Shown: positions 1 through 9,987, counted from the first letter of the stretch. The stretch is 64,000 nucleotides of DNA from an uncultured Gammaproteobacteria bacterium (GCA_964445435.1 CAYUKU010000001.1:183751-247750), one strand, 5' to 3'. The notes: generated by a model from the sequence alone, not told the origin. Made by a program: numbers and translations.

Positions 1-426
1 TTTTGCCACCGCGGTGGCGGCAGCATAGGCCATTTGATTTGTCGTTGACACGGCAAAGTTCTCAAATGTTGCGTCGGGCCGGATGTGAAGCTTGCGTGCG
101 AGCGCCTCGGTGTTTATGGTTGGAGACTGAAGGGTGGGCGCAAAAAGCGGACCCGCCTCACCCTCTTTCAGTGTTTCCTTTTTGGGAATTACGGTAAACA
201 CGAGGCTTGTGTTTTGGTTGGTGTGGTGGTCAAGGATGCTTTTTACGAGCGAGTAGTATCGCGTTTCAACGAGCGTTCGCATAAGGGGGCTGGTGAAGGC
301 TATGGTGGCAACAGAATCAACGACAGACACAAGGCGCGCGGTGGCAAAGTGCGTTTGAAACGTAGCTTTTGATACAGAGAGTTCGATCTCAGCTAATACT
401 GATTTCCAAAGTTTTTCAATATCCAT
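1..426 (-). CDS. dnaA: Chromosomal replication initiator DnaA, N-terminal 142 aa only. The gene runs off the window start.
   Basis: The minus strand of 1-426 translates as an open frame: MDIEKLWKSVLAEIELSVSKATFQTHFA...TFENFAVSTTNQMAYAAATAVAK. This matches the DnaA N-terminal domain and the conserved segment just before the Walker A (E. coli [23 protein letters not shown]). Not in the ORF track because it is truncated. An in-frame stop lies upstream at about 496-498. Confidence 0.85.
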   Translation of the reverse strand, partial: MDIEKLWKSVLAEIELSVSKATFQTHFATARLVSVVDSVATIAFTSPLMRTLVETRYYSLVKSILDHHTNQNTSLVFTVIPKKETLKEGEAGPLFAPTLQSPTINTEALARKLHIRPDATFENFAVSTTNQMAYAAATAVAK

Positions 427-455
427 AAAACCGTTGGCAGTCCGGGCGAGGAGAG

Positions 456-473
456 AGTGGATAAGTTGTCCAC
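456..473. promoter_or_regulatory. Two adjacent DnaA-box-like 9-mers in the dnaA upstream region.
   Basis: AGTGGATAA at 456-464 and TTGTCCACA at 465-473 each differ by one base from the TTATCCACA/TGTGGATAA consensus. They sit about 30-50 nt upstream of the dnaA start. Confidence 0.35.
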
Positions 474-574
474 ATAGTAGATAACTTTGTCTTTGGTGTC
501 AAGAGAGTATCGGCAGGCTAACGTTTGTAATACGTCATACGAAGCTTCTAAGGAATGAACTGTATAATTACTGC

Positions 575-3385
575 GTGTTTCGAAAGACACTCATTTTTGT
601 CTGCGTAGCGCTTTCTGTTTTCGTCTCCCTGTCGTTTCGTCGCACGGCTAATTGGCGCATCCACACGGGGTCTGCAGTGGTGCGGCCGGTTGTTTTTACT
701 CCCAACGTCACGCTGCTTTCCGAGCAAGAAGTTCTTTATAAGAAAACCATTTATTCGGTGGAAAACGACGTTTTGCGGGCACGAGACAACAGGTCCGGAA
801 AAGAGCGCTGGCGAATTACGTTGGGTACCGGGTTTGTTTTCTCGGATCGTCCGCTCATTGCCTCAGGGCGCCTTTTTGTGGGTGACACGACGGGAACACT
901 GCGGGCCATCGGATTACACTCGGGAAAGACGTTATGGGAGTTGGCACAACAAGAGTCGCCAAAGAGTTTCCCCCGCCCGTCGGGGAGGCCCGGGTGGTTT
1001 GGGTCGATGGCACCTGAAGGATCACGCCTCGTTGTCGGTGGCCGAGACGGCCGGGTGACGTCGCTTCGACAAAATGACGGGAAGAAACTTTGGACGTACG
1101 AGGTTGGAAATCCCATCGTGAACGTGCAAAGCGAAGACGGCAGCGTGTTTGCCTTGGGTCAAAATGGCAGCGTGACAGCTCTGACTTCCGGCGGCAGACT
1201 CGTGTGGACGGAAACACAGGCGAGCTCAGCCGCGTTTCTTCTTTTCCCGAAGGCGACTTTCGGAAAGAGACTGTTGGGTCACGACGCAGGTACGGTGGTA
1301 GTCGTCACACGAAACGGCGATGTTATAGGAAAAGATACCAAAAGCGGACGAACACTCCACACAACGCATCTTGCCGCGTCCATAGTGACGAAGCCCGCTG
1401 TGTGGCAAAACTGGCTTTTTGTCGTAACAAAGGAGCCCAAGTCGAGACTCATAAAGATAGATGGAGTAACGGGCGCAATCGCTTGGAGTCGAAAGTACGA
1501 CGATGTTATTGGGGCGACACCCGTTGTGGGGTATCGCAATCCCCTTACAAGCGGGTTGTGCGCCCGAACAGAAGACGTATTTGGGGCTCTCCCGTTTTGC
1601 ATGCCCTCGGTATTCGTGGGAGACTATCAGGGCGTTTTCCGCGCTGTTGACGTAGAGACCGGTGACTCCCTGTGGAAGTTTTTCACAACTGCCCCCATCG
1701 TGTCGCCGGCGTCGTTTAAGGATAACAGCGTTGTGTTTGGAAATCTTGGCGGCGACGTATATACGGTGTTGGCCTTTGACGGCAAGATTCCCAGGCGCAG
1801 GGGCTGGCTGCGCATGGAGGTTTCCCGAACCGTTTCCACGGTGTTTAATCGGGATATTCAGGAATTCACCCTCAGATATGACCAGTCCCGTTTTAGGTTT
1901 CCCTGGAGCGATATTCTGGCGGAAGCCTCGTTTTCTCAGAAAGGACTGAGCCCCATTACGGTAAGTGGATACTATTTCGACAAAGACACATGGAAGATTG
2001 CCTTCAATCCCCCTTTCCGAGGAGAGTGGCAGTACGAGGTTCGTCTGGTTTTGCCTGACAACAGTGCGGTCGCCGAAAAAGGATCATTTGTAAGCAAAAC
2101 CTCAAGCGACGGCATGTACCTCAAAAGCATATATGTGCCGGGCGGCGTAGGAAGGTTGACTGCCGACGGAAAGCATGCGTACAGCGTCTTTGGGGTTCAG
2201 ACGTCCGAACTGGACTTTAATCGCAACGGAAACTTCCTGGACGACTTTTCGTTTGGAGTTGAATCCCCATCAACGGGATCAGCCGAAACTGAGTGTTTCT
2301 CGTGCGGTTTTCGAGGGCTTGAAGATTTCCTTACGGCGTATGCGGATGGCGGACAAGTATTTAATATGTTTCGGTGGGGTCCGAACAATGCCTCATTCGG
2401 ATTGGCGGACGCGCCGCCTTCTGCCACAGACGCGTATTATGTATTTGAGGGAAGACAAGCGGATCGTCTTATCACGTCGCTGGCAAATCACGGACTTCGG
2501 GTATGGCTGACATTTTTTGAGTCAACGGTTCCCCATCAGGCCGAATGGAGCGCGTCCCCACTGTACGAATTTTTGGCGAAACGGTATATTCGCTATCTCG
2601 TTTCCAGATACGGCGCGTATGTGAGTATATGGGAACTGACGAACGAAGCATACGTTCCGGATAGAATCGTTCAGGCACTCACCCAGTATCTTCGGACGAT
2701 TGATTTTGAAAAAAGGCCCATTACGACCAGTTGGGAGAAAGCGCACCTGTCGACGATTGAGGTCGTTTCGCCCCACTGGTATGCAGATGAAGATTCCCGC
2801 CTTTCTGACGCGGCCCTTCTAAAAGAACTGGAGAGAAGCCAAGGGAGCACCTCGGGTAAACCCGTGGTGTTTGGAGAGATAGGAAACAAGAGCGCAAACT
2901 GGGATCCAGAGTCGGGAGCGCGGATGCGCATACGCATGTGGACTGCAGCCATGCGCGGGGCCGGAGTGGTGTTTTGGAGTACCTCCCACTCAAAGCAATA
3001 TGCGCCAGTCGGGGATCCATTTGGGAATGGAAATCAATATATCGGCGAAAAAGAGCGGGAGCTCGTGCGCATCGCAAATGGTTTTTTCCGTGACATGAGT
3101 CTTGACGCGCGTCCGATAGACATTGGCGTTAACCCGGCTGATGCACGGGGATATGGGTTGGGTGACAAGCAAAAAATTATAGGCTACATCCATCGATATA
3201 GCGATCACGAGAGAAATGCCCCTATCGAGATGACCCTTCAGGTGCCCAAAAACGGAACCCTTTCGTGGTATGACACGAAAACCGGGAAGAAAATCATAAG
3301 CCAGAGGGTACCAGCCGGCAGACATGTCGTCACAAGTCCGGCCTTCCTTATAGATGTCGCGTTTGCGGTAATGCTTGATCCCTAG
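575..3385 (+). CDS. Secreted 936-aa protein with an N-terminal PQQ-type beta-propeller repeat region and a C-terminal GH5-like (clan GH-A TIM-barrel) glycoside-hydrolase-like domain.
   Basis: Signal-peptide-like N-terminus MFRKTLIFVCVALSVFVSLSF. Repeated GKTLWE/GKKLWTY/GRLVWT motifs typical of PQQ propeller blades. C-terminal IWELTNEAY (NE catalytic-acid-like) and VVFGEIGNK (nucleophile-like GE) motifs. Confidence 0.5.
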   Translation: MFRKTLIFVCVALSVFVSLSFRRTANWRIHTGSAVVRPVVFTPNVTLLSEQEVLYKKTIYSVENDVLRARDNRSGKERWRITLGTGFVFSDRPLIASGRLFVGDTTGTLRAIGLHSGKTLWELAQQESPKSFPRPSGRPGWFGSMAPEGSRLVVGGRDGRVTSLRQNDGKKLWTYEVGNPIVNVQSEDGSVFALGQNGSVTALTSGGRLVWTETQASSAAFLLFPKATFGKRLLGHDAGTVVVVTRNGDVIGKDTKSGRTLHTTHLAASIVTKPAVWQNWLFVVTKEPKSRLIKIDGVTGAIAWSRKYDDVIGATPVVGYRNPLTSGLCARTEDVFGALPFCMPSVFVGDYQGVFRAVDVETGDSLWKFFTTAPIVSPASFKDNSVVFGNLGGDVYTVLAFDGKIPRRRGWLRMEVSRTVSTVFNRDIQEFTLRYDQSRFRFPWSDILAEASFSQKGLSPITVSGYYFDKDTWKIAFNPPFRGEWQYEVRLVLPDNSAVAEKGSFVSKTSSDGMYLKSIYVPGGVGRLTADGKHAYSVFGVQTSELDFNRNGNFLDDFSFGVESPSTGSAETECFSCGFRGLEDFLTAYADGGQVFNMFRWGPNNASFGLADAPPSATDAYYVFEGRQADRLITSLANHGLRVWLTFFESTVPHQAEWSASPLYEFLAKRYIRYLVSRYGAYVSIWELTNEAYVPDRIVQALTQYLRTIDFEKRPITTSWEKAHLSTIEVVSPHWYADEDSRLSDAALLKELERSQGSTSGKPVVFGEIGNKSANWDPESGARMRIRMWTAAMRGAGVVFWSTSHSKQYAPVGDPFGNGNQYIGEKERELVRIANGFFRDMSLDARPIDIGVNPADARGYGLGDKQKIIGYIHRYSDHERNAPIEMTLQVPKNGTLSWYDTKTGKKIISQRVPAGRHVVTSPAFLIDVAFAVMLDP

Positions 3386-3387
3386 CG

Positions 3388-4398
3388 ATGTGGTACCCTA
3401 AGAAAGCTTTGAAAAAACAAGAGCAGGACATATACATCGTTATTCCCACCATACGCACACTTTCCTTTTTGCGTGATTGGGAGAGGCAGTTTGAAAACTG
3501 CTTCCTCGTTATTGTTGAGGATCATGCAAAGAGGCAAATCGAAACGCCCCAAACCCCCAGCCGTAAAATCTACCATTACGATTGGAGCGATATAGATGGC
3601 GAGTTTGGTAAAAACCGCTGGATATTCTCCCGGCAAAACGCAGGCATCCGGTCCTACGGGTTTTGGAAAGCTTATGAAATGGGTGCAGACGTCATCATTA
3701 CGCTTGATGATGACTGCTATCCCGCGGAGGCAGACTTTGTACAGAAGCACATAGATAATCTCTCCGCGAGTGCTCCCGTTCGGTGGATGACTACATTTCC
3801 GCACCCTGAGTATATGTACACGCGAGGGTTTCCCTATGAGGTCCGAAAGAAGCGTCCGGTCATGGTAAGCCATGGATTATGGTCAAATAAGATGGATATG
3901 GATGCCCAAACACAAAAACACATCGGGAACGTAAATATTCCGGCATATCCCCTTCTTCGGCAGTATGTGCCCAAAGGTGAGTATTTTCCGATGAGCTCAA
4001 TGAATCTGGCGTTTCTGCGAGATGCTGCTCCTCTAATGTATTTCCCGCTCATGGGAAGAGATCCCAGTGGAAACAATTGGGGGTTTGATCGCTTCGACGA
4101 TATTTGGGCAGGAATTTTTGTCAAAAAAATACTTGACCATCTAGAGTATGCGGTTGTGAATGGATCGCCATTTGTAGAGCACCGGAAGGCCTCTGATGTT
4201 GAGACAAATCTCGTGAAAGAGAAACCTGGACTTAAGATGAATGAGCAGGTGTGGCACTTGGTGGATCGCGTTTTTCTGACGCAGAGTTCGCCGGCGGCCT
4301 GTTATAAGGAACTGTCACAACAAATCGAATTTCCCGACACGCCGTATTTCCGTAAACTGCGAGAGGCAATGGGTATATGGGCTGAGTTATTTTTGTGA
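3388..4398 (+). CDS. Homolog of reversibly glycosylated polypeptide / UDP-L-arabinopyranose mutase (GT75, plant-type RGP/UAM).
   Basis: Colinear blocks shared with plant RGP1: IVIPTIRTLSFLRDWERQF...LVIVED, IITLDDDCY, TRGFPYEVRKKRPVMVSHGLWSN..DMDAQTQ, PMSSMNLAFLRDAAPLMYFPLMG, RFDDIWAGIFVKKILDHL, HRKASDVETNLVKEK. Confidence 0.8.
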   Translation: MWYPKKALKKQEQDIYIVIPTIRTLSFLRDWERQFENCFLVIVEDHAKRQIETPQTPSRKIYHYDWSDIDGEFGKNRWIFSRQNAGIRSYGFWKAYEMGADVIITLDDDCYPAEADFVQKHIDNLSASAPVRWMTTFPHPEYMYTRGFPYEVRKKRPVMVSHGLWSNKMDMDAQTQKHIGNVNIPAYPLLRQYVPKGEYFPMSSMNLAFLRDAAPLMYFPLMGRDPSGNNWGFDRFDDIWAGIFVKKILDHLEYAVVNGSPFVEHRKASDVETNLVKEKPGLKMNEQVWHLVDRVFLTQSSPAACYKELSQQIEFPDTPYFRKLREAMGIWAELFL

Positions 4399-4405
4399 AC
4401 GTAAC

Positions 4406-6379
4406 ATGCGGATGCTTCACGTATTGTACTCGAGAGTCTGGGTATTCTTCGGAGGCTTGTTTGCGCTTGTCCTTTTGGGCGACATACGACAGGGAGTCAT
4501 CGATGTTGTGAGTCTTGCGTTCGTGCTCTCGTTATTTTTGGTTGGAGCTCTGACGAAAGCATCGTACCTATCTCCACCCAAAAAGCTCCACTGGGCGTGG
4601 ATCGTTTTTATCGCCTTTCTTTTCGGAGGATTTTTGACGTCCGATAGCCCGGGGTACTCGGTGACCGCAATCGTGCGCTACTGCATGGCGTACCTGGTTT
4701 TTGGGTATTTTGCGTATGCAAAGGAAGAGATAGAAGCAGCGAAATTTCTCAAGGGGCTTCTCTGGTTTGCATTTATTTCCGTAGGGTTGTCATTTGTGAC
4801 ACTTGCACATAGAGATTTGGGCGGATTTTTACCGGGCATGAATCTCCTCTACCCTGCGTACGGACACAACCACGTGGTAAACATCGTGGTATTCATTTTT
4901 CCTTTTGTAGTCCACGAACTTATTGTTTCACGCAATATCGCAACAGTCGTGGCGATGACATATCTTACCGTGGCGCTTGTGTTGTCCCGCGCCCGAGGAG
5001 GCCTTATTCTTCTTTCCTTCTATTGTGGATGGTTATTTGCCAGCGTGCGCCGGCGCTTCGGTCCGGCGACGCAGATAGGTGCAACGACCGCATTGGTTGT
5101 ATTCGTCGGATTCGTTATATTTTCTCGATTTTCTGCTCCCGCAACCAAAAGCGGTCTTGCTGAGAGCAGGCTTCCCTACTGGAAGCAGGCGGGCGTGGCT
5201 ATAGCCACCCGTCCGCTTTTCGGATATGGCCCAGGGACATTCTATCTGGTGTCAAGAAGGTTCCAAGAAATTCCCGGCACACACTCGTGGTATGCGCACA
5301 GCTTCCTTCTGCAGACGCTTGCGGAGGTAGGGATTATAGGAGCTTTGGGAGTAGGATTTATTTTGGGTTACCCACTCGTTGCGATTGCCAGATCAATGGC
5401 AAAACTGAAGCGGAAGGATCCGCTCATCGTCCCCTTGTGGCACGCAGTTATTCTTGTGTTTTTGTACAGTTTGGTTGAAATGAACTTGGATTTTCTCGTG
5501 ATATGGTTTCTATTCTGGGCGACACTTGGTTTTATCCATCGGCACGCACGCGGCGATCTTGCTGACGGGATTCCCGTCCCTTTGAATGGCTTTTTCAAGA
5601 CACTTTGCGTCCTGTTGGCTCTTTTTTATCTCTCAGCGGTCGCGTCTACAGCAGTTGAGGTTATAGGGAAAGACCATACGTTTTCGTTCTTGTTGCAGCC
5701 ACACGTAACCGGCAAAGCGCTTACGTATCTTTCCCAAAAAAGCCAGGCCCAGCAATATTCTATAGGATTGCCGGAGCGCACAATTAAGTTTTTTCACAAA
5801 AATGATCCGGAAATAGCATTCAGCATGGCGGCATACGCGTCGCAATCAGGAGTCATGAAGTCCCTCCCGTATCTGTTGCAGGCTACAGATGGCGATCCTC
5901 TCAATCAGGAGTATCTTACCGCTTCTCTGGATGGGTTAGTGCGTAGTCTTCCCCAAAAAGACATCGGAATTTTGACACTACGCATGATGGCGCGGGCACC
6001 CAGAATAACGACACAGAGCAAGCTGTTTGAAATGCCCGGCATTGAAGACGATATCGGCAGAGCGCTTGTTTCCGCGTATGAGAAAGGCAAGCCGCGATGG
6101 AGCCAGTGGTACGCAGGGCTTGCGTATGTCCTGGCCATGAACGCACTGTCGGACAATCCGAAGCTCGCCGAGCAGCTCTTGTTATATGCTAGGGATGTGT
6201 ATCCGGACTTGGGTTTTATACATATGGATTTAATCCGTTTTTATGAGAGCACGCTTGGTGATCACGACGCCGCAGCGGAGGCGGCGCGGTACTGTGGCTT
6301 TTTGAATTCTCCCAAAAAACAATGTGAAGTTGAAGATAAAACACTTCCTCCTGGTGATTTCCTGTATTTGTTTATATAA
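4406..6379 (+). CDS. Wzy_C (O-antigen ligase / PglL-like) polytopic membrane protein with a roughly 230-aa C-terminal soluble extension.
   Basis: Multi-TM N-terminal two-thirds. LSRARGGLILL and HSFLLQTLAEVGIIGALG motifs (H-x-x-F/L...E-x-G) are characteristic of the Wzy_C domain. Confidence 0.65.
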   Translation: MRMLHVLYSRVWVFFGGLFALVLLGDIRQGVIDVVSLAFVLSLFLVGALTKASYLSPPKKLHWAWIVFIAFLFGGFLTSDSPGYSVTAIVRYCMAYLVFGYFAYAKEEIEAAKFLKGLLWFAFISVGLSFVTLAHRDLGGFLPGMNLLYPAYGHNHVVNIVVFIFPFVVHELIVSRNIATVVAMTYLTVALVLSRARGGLILLSFYCGWLFASVRRRFGPATQIGATTALVVFVGFVIFSRFSAPATKSGLAESRLPYWKQAGVAIATRPLFGYGPGTFYLVSRRFQEIPGTHSWYAHSFLLQTLAEVGIIGALGVGFILGYPLVAIARSMAKLKRKDPLIVPLWHAVILVFLYSLVEMNLDFLVIWFLFWATLGFIHRHARGDLADGIPVPLNGFFKTLCVLLALFYLSAVASTAVEVIGKDHTFSFLLQPHVTGKALTYLSQKSQAQQYSIGLPERTIKFFHKNDPEIAFSMAAYASQSGVMKSLPYLLQATDGDPLNQEYLTASLDGLVRSLPQKDIGILTLRMMARAPRITTQSKLFEMPGIEDDIGRALVSAYEKGKPRWSQWYAGLAYVLAMNALSDNPKLAEQLLLYARDVYPDLGFIHMDLIRFYESTLGDHDAAAEAARYCGFLNSPKKQCEVEDKTLPPGDFLYLFI

Positions 6380-6397
6380 TGTGATCTCACACGTTGT

Positions 6398-7243
6398 ATG
6401 ATTACGATCATTGATCGGTGGAAACAACTTGCTGCCAGGCGGTTATCAAAGACATTCCTCACGCGGACCGATGTCATCATTCTTCTGTGCATCGTCATGC
6501 TTTTGGGCGTTATGGGTGTTGCGGTGAAGCTTGTGCTTCAGAAAGATACGTATGTGACTGTTGAGCTTCTGGCTTCCGGCGGAGAGTGGTGGTGGGGCGT
6601 CCCGCCTCCCTATTATTGGAATGCCCGTGATATAGTCATCGGCGCAAAGGAATATGACTCGTTTCGCAAGGTGACCTCAGAGGTTGTTGACTTGGTTAAA
6701 TACGGCGAGGACGACCGGAGATTCATGTGGCTTGAGGTAAGGCTTCTGGCGAAGAAAAACATGTTGACAAAAACATATTCGTTTAAGCAGGAAACCCTCC
6801 AGATCGGGAAAACCATTCACCTATCGCCAAATAATGTTGCCATCATCGGACAGATTGTGGGTATCGAAGGCGTTGGGAGAATGTGGAAGACCGAGTATGT
6901 TGAGGTGCAGGGGAAAGTCCGTCATATAGAGCCTTGGGAGGCAGATGCAATTAAACCGGCAGACAAAGTTTTTGATAACAAGGGGCAACTGGTTGCTGAG
7001 ATACAGGAGGTACGCGTGGAAAACTCTGACGTTATGACCACCACATGGACCGGTGACACACTTGTGCGGAAGAATCCTCTTCTTCGTGATGTGACCACAA
7101 AAATGAAGCTCCGCGTTATGAAGGATGATAGTATGCGCTACTTCAATTTCTATCAGCCAGTTGAGATAGGAAACAATATTCGAATTCAGTTCCCAGAGAC
7201 GGCAATTGAATTCAATATTATGTCTATAACGCCCGCAAACTAG
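6398..7243 (+). CDS. Hypothetical membrane-anchored protein (one N-terminal TM, extracytoplasmic domain).
   Basis: Long ORF in an operonic position. TM segment ILLCIVMLLGVMGVAV. No recognisable motifs. Confidence 0.4.
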   Translation: MITIIDRWKQLAARRLSKTFLTRTDVIILLCIVMLLGVMGVAVKLVLQKDTYVTVELLASGGEWWWGVPPPYYWNARDIVIGAKEYDSFRKVTSEVVDLVKYGEDDRRFMWLEVRLLAKKNMLTKTYSFKQETLQIGKTIHLSPNNVAIIGQIVGIEGVGRMWKTEYVEVQGKVRHIEPWEADAIKPADKVFDNKGQLVAEIQEVRVENSDVMTTTWTGDTLVRKNPLLRDVTTKMKLRVMKDDSMRYFNFYQPVEIGNNIRIQFPETAIEFNIMSITPAN

Positions 7244-8025
7244 CTCATTTTTTGAGCGATGACCCATACGCTCCACGGCGCTTGTGCGGGTTTACGCATA
7301 GAGTATGCCAAATTTCCCCAGTGAACGATCCGAAAACCAGCCAGTGAAGTGAACGCTTCAAGTTCAGGAAAGAAAAAATACCTCATGGTGTGAGTTTCGC
7401 GAAGCTTCCTCGTCTGGCCGGTTGCCGGACGGATGGTAAGCGTGTGATGCACGTCAACCGTATTAGTCGCGTGAGAGAGTTTTGGAATTTTCTGTCGAAA
7501 CACCTCTAACTGATCATTTTTGTAATGCTGCCGGACAACCCGCGGTTTTCCCAAAAAAACACCCGGTCCGTACCAGCAGTCAAATATAAAAACACCGTGC
7601 GGCTTGAGAATAGAAGCGGCTCTGCGGAAGAATTGTTCAACCTCGCGGTTTGTTTTCATGTAGCTAAGGACGTCGAAGAGAGAAACCGCCACGTCATATG
7701 TTTTTGGTGTTTTGTATGAGAGAAAGTCTCCGGTTATATACGCTATGTCTGCGGAGGCGTCGGCCGCTTTCTTTTTGGCCACTTCAAGCATTTGGGTTGA
7801 CTGATCAATCCCTGTTATCTTGGCTCCCTGTTTCCATAATTCGAGCGTGTATGCTCCCGTGCCGCACCCAATGTCAAACACTGAAATGTCGGTCCGCTTC
7901 GGGAGAAGCGCTTTGGCGTGATGGAAAATCATGCGCGTGGTTTCTTCAATCCCGCGCTTTTCGTACATAAGGTCGTAGTATGGAGCAGTCAGTGAAAACG
8001 GAAGTACGGAATGTTTTGATTTCAT
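7240..8025 (-). CDS. Class I SAM-dependent methyltransferase.
   Basis: VFDIGCGTGAYT motif I, acidic motif II and LKPHGVFIFD post-I motifs. ATGA overlap with the upstream GT4 gene. Confidence 0.8.
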   Translation of the reverse strand: MKSKHSVLPFSLTAPYYDLMYEKRGIEETTRMIFHHAKALLPKRTDISVFDIGCGTGAYTLELWKQGAKITGIDQSTQMLEVAKKKAADASADIAYITGDFLSYKTPKTYDVAVSLFDVLSYMKTNREVEQFFRRAASILKPHGVFIFDCWYGPGVFLGKPRVVRQHYKNDQLEVFRQKIPKLSHATNTVDVHHTLTIRPATGQTRKLRETHTMRYFFFPELEAFTSLAGFRIVHWGNLAYSMRKPAQAPWSVWVIAQKMS

Positions 8026-9206
8026 ACGTTACAGCAGTGCTGGGCAGTTTGTATAAGAAGTTTGCTTGTGGCGTCCCAGCTAAAGCGAGAAACGACATAC
8101 TCACGTGCGCGTTTTTTCATGGTTCGTTTTTCCTCTTCTGGAAGCGAGAAAAAATGTCCGATGCGCCTGCTTGCGCCCGCGGGGTCTGTCGGATGGATAT
8201 AAAAACCGGTAACCCCGTTGACGATTTCGCTATCATCTCCGCGACTTCGTATTACCGGGACGCCTGAGGCTTGCGCCTCGAGGACAGAAAGACTCGCTGT
8301 CGATCCTCCCGCGCTTGTCGTTGATCCTGTGTAGACGAAAAGGTCGAGAGATTGGTAATACGCGGGCAGTCGTGTTTCGTCTATGTTGCCAACGAAGCGT
8401 ACAGTGTCTGAGAGACCGTGGGATTGTATATAGGACATATACTGACGTTTGACATGCAGGTCCGTAATGCTTTCTGAAATGTGAACTACAAATTTTTGTC
8501 GCCCCTTTTTCAGTATATTTATTATTTTTAGAAAGTTTTCCGTTCCTTTGAAAATAGTATAGTCAGTGCTGTGTCCGATGACCGGGATTTTTCCAGGGTG
8601 CCTCGTGCGGGCGGGTCGGGGGAAAAATGAGTCCGTGTCAACGCCGTTGGGCAGATATGCGTTTGGTTTGCGGCCGTACGTTTCGAGAATATATTTCTGG
8701 ACCGAAGGAGTAAGGGCGGTAAGAACCGTAGCCCTATGATATGCCCATATATCAAGCCATGAGTACGCCCATTTGGCGACGCGGACGCAAAATTGGGAAA
8801 AGGGAGACAAGGAGGCTATGCGCAAGGGGTCGTAGAAAATAGCGAGCGGCTCGAAGCAGTGACATATGGTGCGGCCAGAGACGAGCACTGCCAGAAGGTT
8901 CATGGGAAAATTCGTAGCAAAGACGATTTGGTTTCTGTCAATGCTCCGCTTCAACTCAAAAAAATTCACGATAAGCGTAAGAGGGAGAAGGAGCCAGAAA
9001 AATCGGGGCGGCCTCCAAAGCACCGAAATTTTCACGCCTGCCTTCTTGTAGAGGCGTTGCCATTTCGGACTTATGGCGTGCAGATACAAAAAAACACGAT
9101 GCGTCCTGGCAACCCGAAGAAGGAGTTCATACAGATACTTCTCCCCTCCCCTGGAATAGAGGCTTTCTGTGTGAAGGACGTAGACATCAAATGCGCCCCG
9201 TCTCAT
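8022..9206 (-). CDS. Glycosyltransferase family 4 (GT-B, GT1 clan).
   Basis: EAQASGVPVIRSRGDDSEIV (E-x7-E-type donor-binding motif). Size 394 aa. Confidence 0.8.
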   Translation of the reverse strand: MRRGAFDVYVLHTESLYSRGGEKYLYELLLRVARTHRVFLYLHAISPKWQRLYKKAGVKISVLWRPPRFFWLLLPLTLIVNFFELKRSIDRNQIVFATNFPMNLLAVLVSGRTICHCFEPLAIFYDPLRIASLSPFSQFCVRVAKWAYSWLDIWAYHRATVLTALTPSVQKYILETYGRKPNAYLPNGVDTDSFFPRPARTRHPGKIPVIGHSTDYTIFKGTENFLKIINILKKGRQKFVVHISESITDLHVKRQYMSYIQSHGLSDTVRFVGNIDETRLPAYYQSLDLFVYTGSTTSAGGSTASLSVLEAQASGVPVIRSRGDDSEIVNGVTGFYIHPTDPAGASRRIGHFFSLPEEEKRTMKKRAREYVVSRFSWDATSKLLIQTAQHCCNV

Positions 9207-9982
9207 AGTTTGGTAAGTGTGCCGATGTGTTTGGCGACACGGGAAGCAATGGCGACAAGCACGCTCCCCGCGAAAAGATACACGATGCTCAGAAGAAGCG
9301 CGTTTAGCTGGCCTTGAGTGAAAATTTGGGAACCGGGAGAGTATTGCCGAATTGCCTCAAAAACGTAGGAGGAGGGCGTCAAAAACGACATGGCGTACAG
9401 CGGTTGAGGGAGTGCTGCGCGATTATAAAAGACGAGTGAGACGATCTGGACGACGGTGCTAAGCATCCAGCCCGAAAAGCTTGCACGTTCTCCGAACAAA
9501 AAAACTAATGCTATAGCAACAAGCGAGAGGGAGACGCCAAAGAGTTCAAGTTGAAAGACCCACAGAAGCGCATGAAAACCAAGCGTTGAGAAAAAAGCGG
9601 GAAACACAGCGCGTAAAATAAGCATTAGCGCGACAAGAGACAGTATAATTTTTGTCATGGATGCTGCGGTAGTGGCGAGGATGAGTTGTCCAAGCGATAT
9701 GGGCGCAAGAAGCAAATTTTGTATGTTTTTGGACGTAACGTCGTCGATAAACTGAGCCACGGATTCCTGGATAATGCGGGCAGTACAGTTCCAGTAGACA
9801 ATGCCGGTAAGGATAACGAGCGTGATGTTTGTGGCTTGTGAGGAGCCGGCCGCTTCAGAGGAAGCAAGAAGGCCGAACAAGAGCGCCTCAAAAGATGGCC
9901 ATATAAGAATTTCAATGATTCTCGCAGGGTTGCGTCGCATTGAGTAGAGGTAGTGGATATAGAGTCCCTTCAGGCGTCTCAT
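9203..9982 (-). CDS. ABC-2 type polysaccharide/teichoic-acid exporter permease (Wzm/TagG-like).
   Basis: Six-TM profile, ABC-2-like size of 259 aa, overlaps the downstream ATPase gene in an operonic arrangement. Confidence 0.7.
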   Translation of the reverse strand: MRRLKGLYIHYLYSMRRNPARIIEILIWPSFEALLFGLLASSEAAGSSQATNITLVILTGIVYWNCTARIIQESVAQFIDDVTSKNIQNLLLAPISLGQLILATTAASMTKIILSLVALMLILRAVFPAFFSTLGFHALLWVFQLELFGVSLSLVAIALVFLFGERASFSGWMLSTVVQIVSLVFYNRAALPQPLYAMSFLTPSSYVFEAIRQYSPGSQIFTQGQLNALLLSIVYLFAGSVLVAIASRVAKHIGTLTKL

Positions 9983-9987
9983 ATGAG

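Noticed and set aside
690-1650. Several 100-190-aa ORFs in alternative frames (690-1058 +, 751-1116 -, 855-1217 -, 1090-1650 +).
   Set aside because: They are embedded in the 936-aa PQQ/GH gene, Arg/Pro-rich with no motifs. These are typical spurious ORFs from moderately high-GC coding sequence.
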